A stretch of DNA of 64,000 nucleotides from an uncultured bacterium (GTDB lineage Bacteria > Verrucomicrobiota > Verrucomicrobiia > Verrucomicrobiales > DEV007). Below, piece by piece: positions 1 to 10,260 of this stretch. The notes beneath the pieces are model-generated. The model was given only the letters and a program-made list of their open reading frames with translations. It made no database searches and was not told the DNA's origin. The DNA is taken from contig CAXBMO010000006.1 in the NCBI GenBank assembly GCA_963977015.1, positions 281,023 through 345,022 on the forward strand. The letters are read 5' to 3'. Every line of letters begins with the position of its first letter. Position 1 is the stretch's first letter. The position numbers and the translations under genes were made by a program.

Positions 1-2802
1 GAGAATTCGCCCAAGTCCGGGCAGGCCCCGGCGCAGTCAACCGGTCGGCTCCGGGCGATTCTGGACGCCGTCGTCGAAGGAATTGTCGCCACTGACGAGC
101 AAGGAATCGTCGAGTCCGTCAACCCGGCTGCCGAACAGCTGTTTGGTTACCCGGTCGAAGAACTCATCGGCAAGAACGTCGGCATCCTGGCAGCGACGCC
201 GGAAGGCGAGGCCTCCAGTCACTGCGACCCGGCGAAGTTCACCGACGGTGGCGGCGAGGTGACCGGTCGGCGCAAGGACGGGTCGGAGTTTCCAATGGAG
301 CTTTCGGTCGGCGAAGCGAACCTGGCCGCGGAGCGGGTGTTTGTCTGGGTCATTCGCGACATCACCGAGCGCAAGCTGGAGGAGGAACGGCTGCTCGCGA
401 GCCAGACTCGGTTGAAACTGGCGCTGGACGCGGCCCAAATCGGCGATTGGGAGTTGAATCTGGAAACCCAACACACCCGGCGCTCGCTGAAGCACGACCA
501 GGTTTTTGGCTATGAGGAACCGTTGGACGATTGGAGCTATGAGATTTTTTTGGAGCACGTTCATCCGGAAGACCGGGAGCGGGTTGACCGCAATTTCCAG
601 GAGAGCGTCGCGGCGGGCCGGGACTGGTATTTCGAATGCCGGATCATCCACAAAAACGGCGAGGAGCGCCACATCTGGGCCCGGGGCGGCATCTACCCGG
701 ATTCGGCCGGGCGCCCGATCCAGATGTTGGGGATGGTCCGCGACATCACCGAGCGGAAACGCGCCGAGGAGCGCATCATCCAAAGTTCGCGTGAACTGCA
801 AGCGGTCAACCAGCAGCTGCTGGCCGCCAAAGCCGAGGCCGAGCGCGCGAACCGGGCCAAGTCGGAGTTCCTCGCCCAAATGAGCCACGAGATCCGCACC
901 CCGATGAACGGCATCATCGGCATGACCGGCGTGGCCCTCAACACTCAGCTCACCCCCGAGCAGCGCGAATACCTCACCATGGTCAGCTCCAGCGCCGACG
1001 CGTTGCTCGCCGTGATCAACGACATCCTCGATTTCTCCAAGATCGAAGCGGGCAAGCTCAGCCTCGATTGCGCGGATTTCAGCCTGCGCGACAGCCTCGG
1101 CGACACCATGAAATCGCTCGCCAACCGCGCCCACGAAAAGAATCTCGAACTCGCCTGCTATTTCGATCCCGGGACGCCCGACTTCCACCACGGCGACGTG
1201 GGGCGGCTCCGCCAAATCGTGGTGAACCTCGTCGGCAACGCCATCAAGTTCACCAGCAAGGGCGAGATTGTCCTCGAGGTCCGCGAAGAATCGAGGGCCG
1301 AAGACGGATCTTCCTGCCTGCACTTTTCGGTGATCGATACCGGAATCGGGATTCCGGCGGAAAAGCAGCAGTCGATTTTCGAGGCCTTCAGCCAGGCCGA
1401 CAACACCACGACGCGCGAGTACGGCGGCACCGGCTTGGGCCTGACGATTTCGGCTCAGCTTGTTGAACTGATGGGCGGGCGCATTTGGGTCGAGAGCGGG
1501 CCTGGCAAGGGCAGCGCCTTCCACTTCACCGCGCGACTCGGCAAAGCGGCTCGCCCACCGGGGTCGAACCGGATTTCCGCGCGGCTGGAGATGCTGCGCG
1601 GGTTGCGGGTGCTGGTGGTGGACGACAACGCGACCAACCGCCGAATCCTCAAGGAAACCCTCACCAGTTGGCACATGGAGCCGACCCTGACCGATAGCGG
1701 TCCCGCCGCTATCGAGGCGATGCGGCGCGCCCAGTCCGAAGCGGGTTTCGGCATCGTCCTGCTCGACTTTCACATGCCGAAAATGGACGGATTCACCGCC
1801 GCCCGACAGCTCCGGGAAATCGCCACCACTCCCATCGTGATGCTGACATCCGGGCCGAGGGCGGACGACGCCGCGCATTCGCGCGAAATCGGCATCTACG
1901 CTTGCCTGACCAAACCCGTGAAGCAGTCCGAACTGCTGGACGCGATGCTTGGCGCGTTGAATCTCGAACTCGAGGACGCCGAGCGGCCGGCCCCAGCCGA
2001 GCCCGCCGAGTCAGCACCTGAGGGCGACCGCAAATGGCGCGTTTTGCTCGCTGAAGACAACGCCGTCAATCAGAAGCTCGCGATCCTCCTGCTTGAGGAG
2101 AGGGGGCACTCCGTCGTCGTCGCCGGGAACGGCCAGCTTGCGTTGGAGGCATTCGACCGCGAGGAGCCCTTCGATGTTGTCTTGATGGACGTTCAGATGC
2201 CGGTGATGGACGGCTTTCAAACCAGCGCCGCCATCCGCGAACGCGAGAAAACAACCGGGACCCGTATCCCCATCATCGCGATGACCGCCCACGCCTTGAA
2301 AGGCGACCGCGAACGTTGCCTCGCCGCCGGAATGGACGGCTACGTCAGCAAGCCGATCCAGTCCGGCCAACTCTGGGATGCTCTTGAAGCCGTGCTGCCT
2401 TCCAATCCAAGCGCGAGCGACGCGGACACCAACGCGAAAATTGCGCAACCCTCGGTGTCCGGGGAAGAGGAAGACGCCATTCGGGCGCACGCGTTGGATT
2501 GCACGGACGGCAACGTCGGCTTTTTGCGCGAACTCACCCGGATCTTTCTCGAAGACGCTTCGACCCAGCTTTCCGACATTCGCGCCGCGATCGACTCAGG
2601 CGACGCGAAAGCGCTGCAATTCCAAGCCCATTCCCTCAAGGGCGCACTCGCAATTTTTGGCGTGGAAGAAGCCACTTCGGAGGCCCAGCGACTGGAGTTC
2701 CTCGGCCGAGACGAGGATCTCGATCATGCGCCCGCCATCTACGCCAAGTTAGAGGCCGAACTCGCCCGGCTGGATCCCGTGCTCCGCCGTTTGGCGGAAT
2801 GA
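1..2802 (+). CDS. Hybrid sensor histidine kinase (PAS-PAS-HisKA-HATPase-REC-REC-HPt), 5' end outside the window
   Basis: Frame is open from base 1 (PAS-like LRAILDAVVEGIVATDEQG). Contains H-box FLAQMSHEIRTPMNG, N/G boxes (NLVGNAIKFT, DTGIGI, GGTGLGL), two receivers (VLVVDDN..LLDFHMP; LLAEDN..LMDVQMP) and HPt AHSLKG. Confidence 0.95.
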   Translation, partial: ENSPKSGQAPAQSTGRLRAILDAVVEGIVATDEQGIVESVNPAAEQLFGYPVEELIGKNVGILAATPEGEASSHCDPAKFTDGGGEVTGRRKDGSEFPMELSVGEANLAAERVFVWVIRDITERKLEEERLLASQTRLKLALDAAQIGDWELNLETQHTRRSLKHDQVFGYEEPLDDWSYEIFLEHVHPEDRERVDRNFQESVAAGRDWYFECRIIHKNGEERHIWARGGIYPDSAGRPIQMLGMVRDITERKRAEERIIQSSRELQAVNQQLLAAKAEAERANRAKSEFLAQMSHEIRTPMNGIIGMTGVALNTQLTPEQREYLTMVSSSADALLAVINDILDFSKIEAGKLSLDCADFSLRDSLGDTMKSLANRAHEKNLELACYFDPGTPDFHHGDVGRLRQIVVNLVGNAIKFTSKGEIVLEVREESRAEDGSSCLHFSVIDTGIGIPAEKQQSIFEAFSQADNTTTREYGGTGLGLTISAQLVELMGGRIWVESGPGKGSAFHFTARLGKAARPPGSNRISARLEMLRGLRVLVVDDNATNRRILKETLTSWHMEPTLTDSGPAAIEAMRRAQSEAGFGIVLLDFHMPKMDGFTAARQLREIATTPIVMLTSGPRADDAAHSREIGIYACLTKPVKQSELLDAMLGALNLELEDAERPAPAEPAESAPEGDRKWRVLLAEDNAVNQKLAILLLEERGHSVVVAGNGQLALEAFDREEPFDVVLMDVQMPVMDGFQTSAAIREREKTTGTRIPIIAMTAHALKGDRERCLAAGMDGYVSKPIQSGQLWDALEAVLPSNPSASDADTNAKIAQPSVSGEEEDAIRAHALDCTDGNVGFLRELTRIFLEDASTQLSDIRAAIDSGDAKALQFQAHSLKGALAIFGVEEATSEAQRLEFLGRDEDLDHAPAIYAKLEAELARLDPVLRRLAE

Positions 2803-2850
2803 GCGGTGATTCACGCTAGACTAACCTGCGCCCGAAGCGGCCAAAATGCG

Positions 2851-2880
2851 TTGACAGGCGCGGACAGGAGTTTTTATGCT
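2851..2880 (+). promoter_or_regulatory. Candidate sigma70 promoter
   Basis: TTGACA (2851-2856), 18-nt spacer, TATGCT (2875-2880) in the intergenic gap before the large secreted gene. Confidence 0.55.
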
Positions 2881-2986
2881 CGCGCCCTGCCATTCACGAG
2901 TGAGCCAAAGGACCCGTCTCCCAACCTCAAGTCGATGTTTGGGAGGAGATTTTTCTGTCCCCTCATCCAGCCTGCGCCACCGCCTC

Positions 2987-5845
2987 GTGAAAAGCAAACT
3001 CCTACCCGTTGCCAGTCCAGTCCGTTGTTCCCTCCCGTTCTGGTTGGCCCTTTTCCTCTTCGTGACTTCGGTCCCCTGGGCTCCCGGTCAGGATCAAAAG
3101 GCGGAAGATGGTGAGCGAACTCTCGTAGGTCCCGTCGTTCCTCGACCGGCGGTGACCATCTACGTGGTCAGCGATGGGAAGGGCGGTCAGGCGCGGCTCC
3201 TGCTTCGAAAATCGCACGGAACGCCCCACGTCAAGGCCCTCGCCCGGGTGCTGGATCCCGAAGAAACGGTGATTCGGTGGAAATACCTGGAGACGGCTCC
3301 GGAATCCGTGCGGAGCGCCTGGGAACCCCGGGAGGAAATCGACCTGATTTCGGAGGAGACCAAGCCCGGCCAGGTCCTGCACGAGGAAACGTTCGACCTG
3401 TCCCGGGCCGGTATCTACCAGATCCGGGTTTCCACCGCTGCAGAAGTGGTCAAGGTGGAGTTGGAATTGCCGGATGCGACGCCCTGGGGTGTCTCTTTTC
3501 AGAACGGCAAGGGGCGAGCGTGGACCGAGACGCTGGAGAAGGCTTACGTCTATGTTCCGCCGCATGCCGAGGTGCTCCAATGGTCAGGCGGACCTTGTGT
3601 GATTCGGGATGAGGAGGGGCGCGAATTGGTGCGGAGCGAAGCGGCAGGCAAGGGAGAGGTGGAGGTTGCCAAAACGGACACCGTCTGGGAACTCGAGTTT
3701 CCCGATCTGAAAGGCTGGGAACTGCGGGCGGCGGGATTCCCCTTCATTCTTTGTCAAAGCGCGGAGGCGGCCCGGAAGATTCGGGGGAGCGTGGAGCAAC
3801 TCGAAGACGGGACGGTTGTCTGCCACCAGTTTCAGCGGCGCATTGCGAAGCTTCTCCCGGAACTGTTGCGTCCCGAGAACGTGGGAATCACGGAGGAACT
3901 CCTCGTTCCGCTCAAGTCGCGGGAGGATGCCTGGCTCGCCGATCCTCTGAGGAATCTCGCTCTAAGAAACAGCTTCCTCGCGGCTGTGCCAAAGTGGCTT
4001 CAGCAGCAGAATCTCGATCCCGCCAGTCACTGGAGCGGGTCGCTCGACGGCTGGCAGGAGAAGGAGAACGCCGAGCCGCCCAACAATCGGTGGGATCGGA
4101 TGAGGAAGATCGATGGACTTTACGCAGGAGCCTCGAACCACTACGGCGCGGCGGCGGAACACTTGGCGCTGGCCGCGCTGCACGACTCGCCCACCAATCC
4201 TTACTTTGGAAAAACGGAGCTGCTCTACCGCGCCGCCGCCGCCGCCCTGCGCGACCTCATGACCCTGGCCGAGGACGAAACGTTCTTCGGAATTTCGGAC
4301 ATGAATCCCTATCCCGGGAACATGGCCTTTGTGGTCGGACAAAAGACGCTGCCCGTTTACGGCGTCGTCGCCCCGCACCTGCCCGAGGAAATCCGCCAGG
4401 TTTGGACAGAGGGCCTCCGTCATCTCATCGACCGTTCGTTTCCGGATGGCCTGGTAAGCGCGCGGAATCAGTCCAGCCACTACCTGGTCGCCTTCCAGGC
4501 CTTTGCTGATGGATCGGAAGACCCGGTTTATCAAAGCCTCGCCCGGCTCTATGCCCTGCGCTGGAATCAGGGGCAGCACCCCGCCGGTTGGCACATGGAA
4601 GCCACCGGACCGGACGCGAGCTATATCGGGATGACGCATTGGCACGAAGCTGTCTACTATCGGATGAGCGGCGATCGGACCATCCTCGATTCGCTCGCGA
4701 AGTCCTACCGCTTTTTCAATCACACCGTCGCGCCGGAGCCGGATGGCAGGATGCTCGGAGGATTCAACTTCGGTCATCGAGTTGGGGACGGGTTTTTTAA
4801 CGAGCAATGGGGTGGCGCCAAGGGAATCCTCGACGATGTCCTGCCCGAAGTCGGGATCTGGGCCGGGCCCGAGCCGTCCCCGGAATTGCGCGCTGAACAG
4901 GAGGAGGACGCCCGCCGGGAGATCCGGAAATTTCTCGAGAAGCCCACGTATCCTGGCGGCGCGGCGCTGAACAACCCGCGTTACCTGCACTATCCCGAAA
5001 CGGTGGATCGCGGCGCGAAATTTCCTTGTCTCGAAGAGGGGCCTTTTATCCGCGATCTCGGCGGTGAGATGGTCGCGGTGAAGCGTCCTGCGTATTATAC
5101 CTATGGGTTTACCGGGAAACCGGCTGGAGGCTTCTATATCCAGCAGAAAGAGGACTTTCGCGCTCCGTTCCCGAACGATGCCGAAGAGAACGGGGGAGCG
5201 ATTGATCTGCGCAAAATCACGCCCTTTGTCGGGGGAGGTCTCTCCGGATTCTGGACGCCGGAGTATGGTCATTTTCTGCTGGCAACGAACTGGGCTCCCA
5301 CGACCCATCACGGCGTGATTGCGACCAAGGCGGATGGAACCCGATATTGGGAAGACTACCACGCGCACACGCACGAACTGGATGAGGCGGCGGGAACGTT
5401 GATGATTGAGGGACAAATTGAGTCTCTCCCGCTTCGCTACGTTCGGCGTTATGTCTTCGGGGCGGAGAGTTTGGACGTTACCCTGACGCTGAACGCGGTG
5501 GAAGACCTTGAGCTTGCCGGTCTCGTCGAGAACCTGCCCGTGGCCCGCGGCGGATGGAAAGCCCGGGGGACGGAATGGGACGCCGGTGGTGTTGCCGAAG
5601 GGGAGGTGAAGGCGGATCGGTTTCGCGCCATCGACCAGACCGGCGCCGGGGCCGAAATCCGCTTCGACCGGGTCCGGCCCCTTCGCCTCGTTCCAGAAGG
5701 CCTCCGAGCCGGAGGTTGGCGGCTGCTCCAGATCGGGCGAGTCGAAATTCAGCTTCCTGCGATGTTGAAAGCGGGAGAATCGATCGAAGTTGCGTATTCC
5801 ATCAGGCCATTGCGGGCGGCGGATAAGGGTGAGGTGGCCCGCTAA
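2987..5845 (+). CDS. Large secreted hypothetical protein, possibly with an alpha/alpha-toroid (lyase-like) core
   Basis: Long GC3-rich ORF with a hydrophobic signal-like segment (LPFWLALFLFVTSVPWA). Start is uncertain (GTG 2987 chosen; the frame is open from 2876). The WHMEATGPDASY segment is only weakly lyase-like. Confidence 0.7.
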   Translation: MKSKLLPVASPVRCSLPFWLALFLFVTSVPWAPGQDQKAEDGERTLVGPVVPRPAVTIYVVSDGKGGQARLLLRKSHGTPHVKALARVLDPEETVIRWKYLETAPESVRSAWEPREEIDLISEETKPGQVLHEETFDLSRAGIYQIRVSTAAEVVKVELELPDATPWGVSFQNGKGRAWTETLEKAYVYVPPHAEVLQWSGGPCVIRDEEGRELVRSEAAGKGEVEVAKTDTVWELEFPDLKGWELRAAGFPFILCQSAEAARKIRGSVEQLEDGTVVCHQFQRRIAKLLPELLRPENVGITEELLVPLKSREDAWLADPLRNLALRNSFLAAVPKWLQQQNLDPASHWSGSLDGWQEKENAEPPNNRWDRMRKIDGLYAGASNHYGAAAEHLALAALHDSPTNPYFGKTELLYRAAAAALRDLMTLAEDETFFGISDMNPYPGNMAFVVGQKTLPVYGVVAPHLPEEIRQVWTEGLRHLIDRSFPDGLVSARNQSSHYLVAFQAFADGSEDPVYQSLARLYALRWNQGQHPAGWHMEATGPDASYIGMTHWHEAVYYRMSGDRTILDSLAKSYRFFNHTVAPEPDGRMLGGFNFGHRVGDGFFNEQWGGAKGILDDVLPEVGIWAGPEPSPELRAEQEEDARREIRKFLEKPTYPGGAALNNPRYLHYPETVDRGAKFPCLEEGPFIRDLGGEMVAVKRPAYYTYGFTGKPAGGFYIQQKEDFRAPFPNDAEENGGAIDLRKITPFVGGGLSGFWTPEYGHFLLATNWAPTTHHGVIATKADGTRYWEDYHAHTHELDEAAGTLMIEGQIESLPLRYVRRYVFGAESLDVTLTLNAVEDLELAGLVENLPVARGGWKARGTEWDAGGVAEGEVKADRFRAIDQTGAGAEIRFDRVRPLRLVPEGLRAGGWRLLQIGRVEIQLPAMLKAGESIEVAYSIRPLRAADKGEVAR

Positions 5846-5848
5846 TTT

Positions 5849-5918
5849 TGTATTCCGGAGATTTCTCCGGAACAACGGAATCGACCCGCCATCCATCCGG
5901 AGAAATCTCCGGATTACA
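5849..5918. repeat. REP doublet (REPIN), left of RAYT
   Basis: TGTATTCCGGAGATTTCTCCGGA (5849-5871) and inverted TCCGGAGAAATCTCCGGATTACA (5896-5918). Each is a GTAW foot plus palindrome. Confidence 0.9.
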
Positions 5919-6609
5919 TTTCCGCGTTCTCATCCTCGAAAACCCAATCCGCCTCCCGCCACTCCGGCGCGATCCATCGTCGCCAGCCTTTCTCGTGCTC
6001 CAGCCCGGCGTGGGTGGGATTCCGCCCGAGGTATTGCAGTGCTTTATCGAGATGCGCAACATCGCGGACAATCCGGTCATAGCTCTCCTCCATCCAAAGC
6101 TGTTGCCCGGGCGTGCCGCGCTCGTGATTCAATTTCCGTGCGATGTGCGATTTCCAATACTGCAGCAGCCGCTCCAATTTCCGCCCCGGGAAAGGGCGAA
6201 CCAACAAGTGAACGTGGTTCGGCATCACCACAGAAGCGCCCAGGTAATACCATTCATCCTGCCGATACCGCAGCGCATCAGACAACTGATCGGCCCAGCG
6301 GCGGTCGCGGAACACGCACGACCCGTAGCCGCGATCGAGCCAACGCTCGGCCAAACTGGTGTATTCGTGGGCATACGCGTTCCACTGCTCCTCGGTGCGC
6401 GGTGGCGGATAGAGTTGCTCCCAGGTTCGGCGGAGAATGCGCAGGTTCTCCTGAGTCTGTTGATCCAACGCGTCGTCCTGGCGAAACGTGACCCAATACG
6501 TCGCCCCGTCCTGTCGCCAATGCGGGAGCCGTCGCGTGTAACGGTGAATTGGGCGTTCCCCATCCAGGCCCGTGAACCCAGGCGGCCCTTCATCGTCCTC
6601 CGGCGTCAT
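5914..6609 (-). CDS. REP-associated tyrosine transposase (RAYT, Y1 HUH family)
   Basis: RRLPHW..TYWVTFR, HUH motif VVMPNHVHLL, LWMEESYDRIVRD, catalytic Tyr in YLGRNP. Flanked by REPs. Confidence 0.92.
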   Translation of the reverse strand: MTPEDDEGPPGFTGLDGERPIHRYTRRLPHWRQDGATYWVTFRQDDALDQQTQENLRILRRTWEQLYPPPRTEEQWNAYAHEYTSLAERWLDRGYGSCVFRDRRWADQLSDALRYRQDEWYYLGASVVMPNHVHLLVRPFPGRKLERLLQYWKSHIARKLNHERGTPGQQLWMEESYDRIVRDVAHLDKALQYLGRNPTHAGLEHEKGWRRWIAPEWREADWVFEDENAEM

Positions 6610-6646
6610 GTTCCAGAATTAGGGCAAAACGGCTGACCGCAGCAAA

Positions 6647-6715
6647 TGTATTCCGGAGATTTCTCCGGAAAAACCGCAGTAACTGAATCCAATCCGGAGA
6701 AATCTCCGGATTACA
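6647..6715. repeat. REP doublet (REPIN), right of RAYT
   Basis: Same 23-mers at 6647-6669 and (inverted) 6693-6715, with a different spacer. Confidence 0.9.
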
Positions 6716-6831
6716 ACTCCTATCTGCGCGGTGAACCCGCGTTGGACAGGCCACTCGCAAGGAGCTCATCGGCAAGAGCCTCGGTGGCAGCGTTCACCGC
6801 ATGGAGTGGGACGTGAAGTAAACCAGTCGGT

Positions 6832-7764
6832 TCAGCGCTTGGCAACGGCGTCGTGGGCGGTTTGCCGCAGGAACCGGGCGTAGTCCGGATCGAAATCTTT
6901 GGGAACGAAGCTGTTCTCCACGACGCTCTCCCCAAACAACACTTCAAACCACACGCATCCCAGCAGATACTTTCCGGCATTGCTGGCGTGATGGCCGTCG
7001 ATTCGCAGTTTCTTGGTTCCGTCGTCGCCCTTCTTCCAATACCAGCCGGCATGTAGCGAGTGATCCTGGTTGGGACGGGCGGGCGCTTCGGCATCCTCGA
7101 AATCAAAGTCTGCATCCGGTTTGTAACCCCACTTCGGATCGGTGTCGGCCATGAACATGGCGTCTCCGCTCGGGATGATTCCGTCCAGTTCCAACTCTGC
7201 TGCCAAGGTATGGTAAGCCTCGCGCACCTGGCGATACATCTCCTCTTGGGTGGAAGGCTCCTTGCCTTTGTTCTTGGGGACGAACCGAGGATCATCCACC
7301 CGGTAGGCCCAGATTTGATGCGCCAGGATCTTGGCATCGGGCGCTCGATCCTTAATATAGTTGTAGAGATCCCGCGCATACGGATAATAGGTGCTCAGGT
7401 CATGGCTGCGGAAGCTAACCTGTTGGATCGTCACAAAATCCCACGTCTCCCGCTTGAGATAATCATGGAGCGAGAGCGATCCTCCGCCGTAGGGCGAACC
7501 ATCCTTGCTTTCCGGGTCTTTTTCAAACGCGGCGACGTGCCGCCAATGGCGCTCGAAGGTGCAACCGCCCAGGTTCGCCCTCCCGGCGATCAACTCGTGC
7601 CCGGCCGCCTCCGCCAGATCCGGGAGGTAGGTCAGCGCGTTGACCGCGAAACTATTGCCCACCGTCAACACCCGCACCGTCTTGGATTCCGGTTCGGCGG
7701 CAAGCAGGGGAGCGAGAACGAAAGCGGTCAGGGAAAGCGCGCCGAGGAACATTCTGCGCGTCAT
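6832..7764 (-). CDS. Secreted SGNH/GDSL-like hydrolase (DUF4886-like)
   Basis: Signal peptide MTRRMFLGALSL; block I VLTVGNSF; WDFVTIQQVS; C-terminal DGHH. Start may instead be 7791. Confidence 0.8.
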   Translation of the reverse strand: MTRRMFLGALSLTAFVLAPLLAAEPESKTVRVLTVGNSFAVNALTYLPDLAEAAGHELIAGRANLGGCTFERHWRHVAAFEKDPESKDGSPYGGGSLSLHDYLKRETWDFVTIQQVSFRSHDLSTYYPYARDLYNYIKDRAPDAKILAHQIWAYRVDDPRFVPKNKGKEPSTQEEMYRQVREAYHTLAAELELDGIIPSGDAMFMADTDPKWGYKPDADFDFEDAEAPARPNQDHSLHAGWYWKKGDDGTKKLRIDGHHASNAGKYLLGCVWFEVLFGESVVENSFVPKDFDPDYARFLRQTAHDAVAKR

Positions 7765-7882
7765 CGTCAAGTTGGATTGAGCAGGGGTCATCCGCGATTC
7801 TAGCTTCCCTTTTGGGTTCATCAACTGTGGAGAAAATTTTTGGGACTTGCGCTCGCCGCGAATCTCCGCTTTCTCCAGAGAG

Positions 7883-8980
7883 ATGAAACCCCGATCCCTG
7901 CTTCTCCTCCTTTCACTCGTCGCGATTTCTCCGGTTTGGGCCCAGAAAAAGCACGCGCCAATTCGCGAAGACATTCCCTTCGGCGGGAACTTGAATCCCA
8001 AAATGGAGGAACCCGTTTTCGCCGTCGCCTCAAAGCAGGGAGGCCGCATTCTCGTTTCGCGCGACGATGGCAAAACGTGGGAGCAGACCTTTCTCGGGAC
8101 GGATTCGCTGGAGGACGGCGGCTGGCACGGCACCTTTGCGGTCTACGGCATGGCTTACACCGAAGGGGTCATCGGGGTGTTCAGCGGCTGGGGCACGCCG
8201 GGCGTCTACATCGGCTCCGACGACGGGGTGAACTGGGCGCATCTCAACGACGAGCCGATCGAACGGTTGGGAAGCGTCTGGGGCGCGACGGGCGGTCAGG
8301 GGATCTTCCTGACGAGCGCCGACATGTGGCGCGGGATGACGAGCGCGAGCTCGAAGGACGGTTTCGCGACGTGGACGCCGCACAAAGTTCAGAAGCTGAT
8401 GGGAGAAGGTGGCAAAACGCATCACATGATTGCGGGCTATGGCGACTACGAAGGTGGGCGCTTTCTGGTGATTGGCGACAACCAGCACGTCTTCTACAGC
8501 GAGGACGGTTGTCTAACGTGGAAGCATAGCCGAATCCCCGCCGAAGCCGGGGGTGGGCAGGAAGTGTTGGTATACGGCAACGGCGTTTTCGTATGCAGCT
8601 TCAAGAACGGCATCGCGCGTTCCGAGGATGGTGGGCAGACGTGGAGCCTGCACGATCCCGGTCTGAAGGGATGGGGAAAGACGTGGCGCGGGCTCAGCTT
8701 CGTCAACGGCGAGTTCTGGCTCATGGCGCAGAAGGGAAGCCACGGTCGACGCAGCAAGGACGGCATCACTTGGGAAGACCTGCCCAAGGGAATGCCGGGC
8801 GGCCGATTCGTCGAGTCCGACCAGGGAACCATCATCAATGTCGAGCGTCGGCGTTATGACATCAAGCGCAGCGCCGATAGCGGCAAAACCTGGGAATCGG
8901 TCTTCATGGCCCCCAAGCAGGACGTCTCCTGGGACACCGCCTTCGCCGTTTGGGGAAAGGTGAACACGGCGAAGCCCTGA
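7883..8980 (+). CDS. Secreted Asp-box (BNR) beta-propeller protein
   Basis: Signal peptide; repeated S-x-D-x-G-x-T-W boxes (SRDDGKTW, SDDGVNW, SEDGGQTW, SADSGKTW). Confidence 0.85.
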   Translation: MKPRSLLLLLSLVAISPVWAQKKHAPIREDIPFGGNLNPKMEEPVFAVASKQGGRILVSRDDGKTWEQTFLGTDSLEDGGWHGTFAVYGMAYTEGVIGVFSGWGTPGVYIGSDDGVNWAHLNDEPIERLGSVWGATGGQGIFLTSADMWRGMTSASSKDGFATWTPHKVQKLMGEGGKTHHMIAGYGDYEGGRFLVIGDNQHVFYSEDGCLTWKHSRIPAEAGGGQEVLVYGNGVFVCSFKNGIARSEDGGQTWSLHDPGLKGWGKTWRGLSFVNGEFWLMAQKGSHGRRSKDGITWEDLPKGMPGGRFVESDQGTIINVERRRYDIKRSADSGKTWESVFMAPKQDVSWDTAFAVWGKVNTAKP

Positions 8981-9021
8981 ATTGCGGCTGGACTGTTGCT
9001 CACGCTCTCTATCTTGGTGCC

Positions 9022-10156
9022 ATGAAACCCCTTCTCATCCTCTGTTCCGTTCTTCTGATCACGGCCGCCGCTCAGGCGAAAGACTCTCCGGAGGAAATTG
9101 CCCGGCAGGAACGATTTCGCGCCGAAATCCCGCTTGGCGGGAACTTTGAACCCGAACCGGAGGAAGGCGTTTTCATCGCCGCGGGTCATGGCATGAATGT
9201 CGTCGCCTCGCGCGATGACGGCAGGACGTGGAAGCCGGTTTTCTACGGCGCACCCTGCGGCGACCATGGTCGTTGGGCGGTCTGGAACTCGGTTGCCTAC
9301 ACCAACGGCGTCTTCGCGATCGCCTCAGGCTGGGGCGCCCGGAACCATCATCGCGTCCGAGGACGGCCAGAATTGGCGTCACTTGACCAATGCCGATCGA
9401 AAGCCGTCGCGCAAAGGCACCTTGCCCTACGACATGAAAACGACCATGGAGCTGCTCGGCGTCGATGGCGCGTTCATCATGCCGCTGGAAGCGACGCCGG
9501 ATTTCGGCAAGACATGGTTTCAGCACTCGGCTTACGGCTTCAAGGATGACGCCGGTGAGCGGGTCAAGATCGACATCGGTCACCCGTCTCTGGCTTGCGG
9601 CGAGTATGCTGGGAAGAAGCGCATCATTGTGATTGGAGACAACGGTCCCGGAATCTCCAGCGACGACCTCGGCGAGACGTGGGTTCCGATGACTGGCGTG
9701 AAAGCAGAACCGTGGGGCGAGCGCGGCGCCAAGGGCATCCTGGCCAAGGGCGACGTCTTTCTCATCGTTAAAGGCGAGGGCGAGACCGTGCTTCGTTCGG
9801 TCGATGGAGGGATGACGTGGCAGGCTCATCCGCTGGGCATCAAGCGTCCGCTCAGCCGTTCGTTCGGGCTCTCGATCGTCGGCGACGAATTCTGGGTCAC
9901 CGGCGAAACGTCCAAGGCAAGCGTGGACGGCGTCACGTGGCGCGATCTCCCAACTGAACTTCCCTCGGGCCGGTTTGAGCAATCCGCCACCGGCACCTTG
10001 ATCAACGTGAACCGCAAACGGCACTCCATTCTGCGCAGCGAAGATGGTGGGAAGACATGGGCCGACGTCTACGCCTTCGTCCCCGACCCCAAAGCGACGG
10101 GCGGTGCGCAAGGCTTTTCCGACGTCGCCTTTGGCAAGGTGAAGCGGATTCCCTAA
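9022..10156 (+). pseudogene. Asp-box beta-propeller paralog split by a frameshift near 9331-9343 (possible assembly error)
   Basis: The 5' half (signal peptide, IPLGGNFEP, SRDDGRTW, SGWG) continues in another frame as PGTIIASEDG. The upstream paralog reads SGWGTPGVYIGSDDG. Confidence 0.8.
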
Positions 10157-10260
10157 CCGAGACCGTGCGCAAGTTCGTCGCCACGCTTGACATTCCGTTT
10201 TTCGCCGCCGTAGCATTTCCTCCTTCATCATTGGCACAGGTCCCCCTCTCAATCATCAAA

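Noticed and set aside
37-1878. 613-aa minus-strand ORF and similar long antisense ORFs (3962-5896, 12779-14419, 14683-16440, 18446-19957, 21000-22658, 24499-26004)
   Set aside because: Shadow frames of GC-rich genes on the opposite strand, with no motifs of their own.
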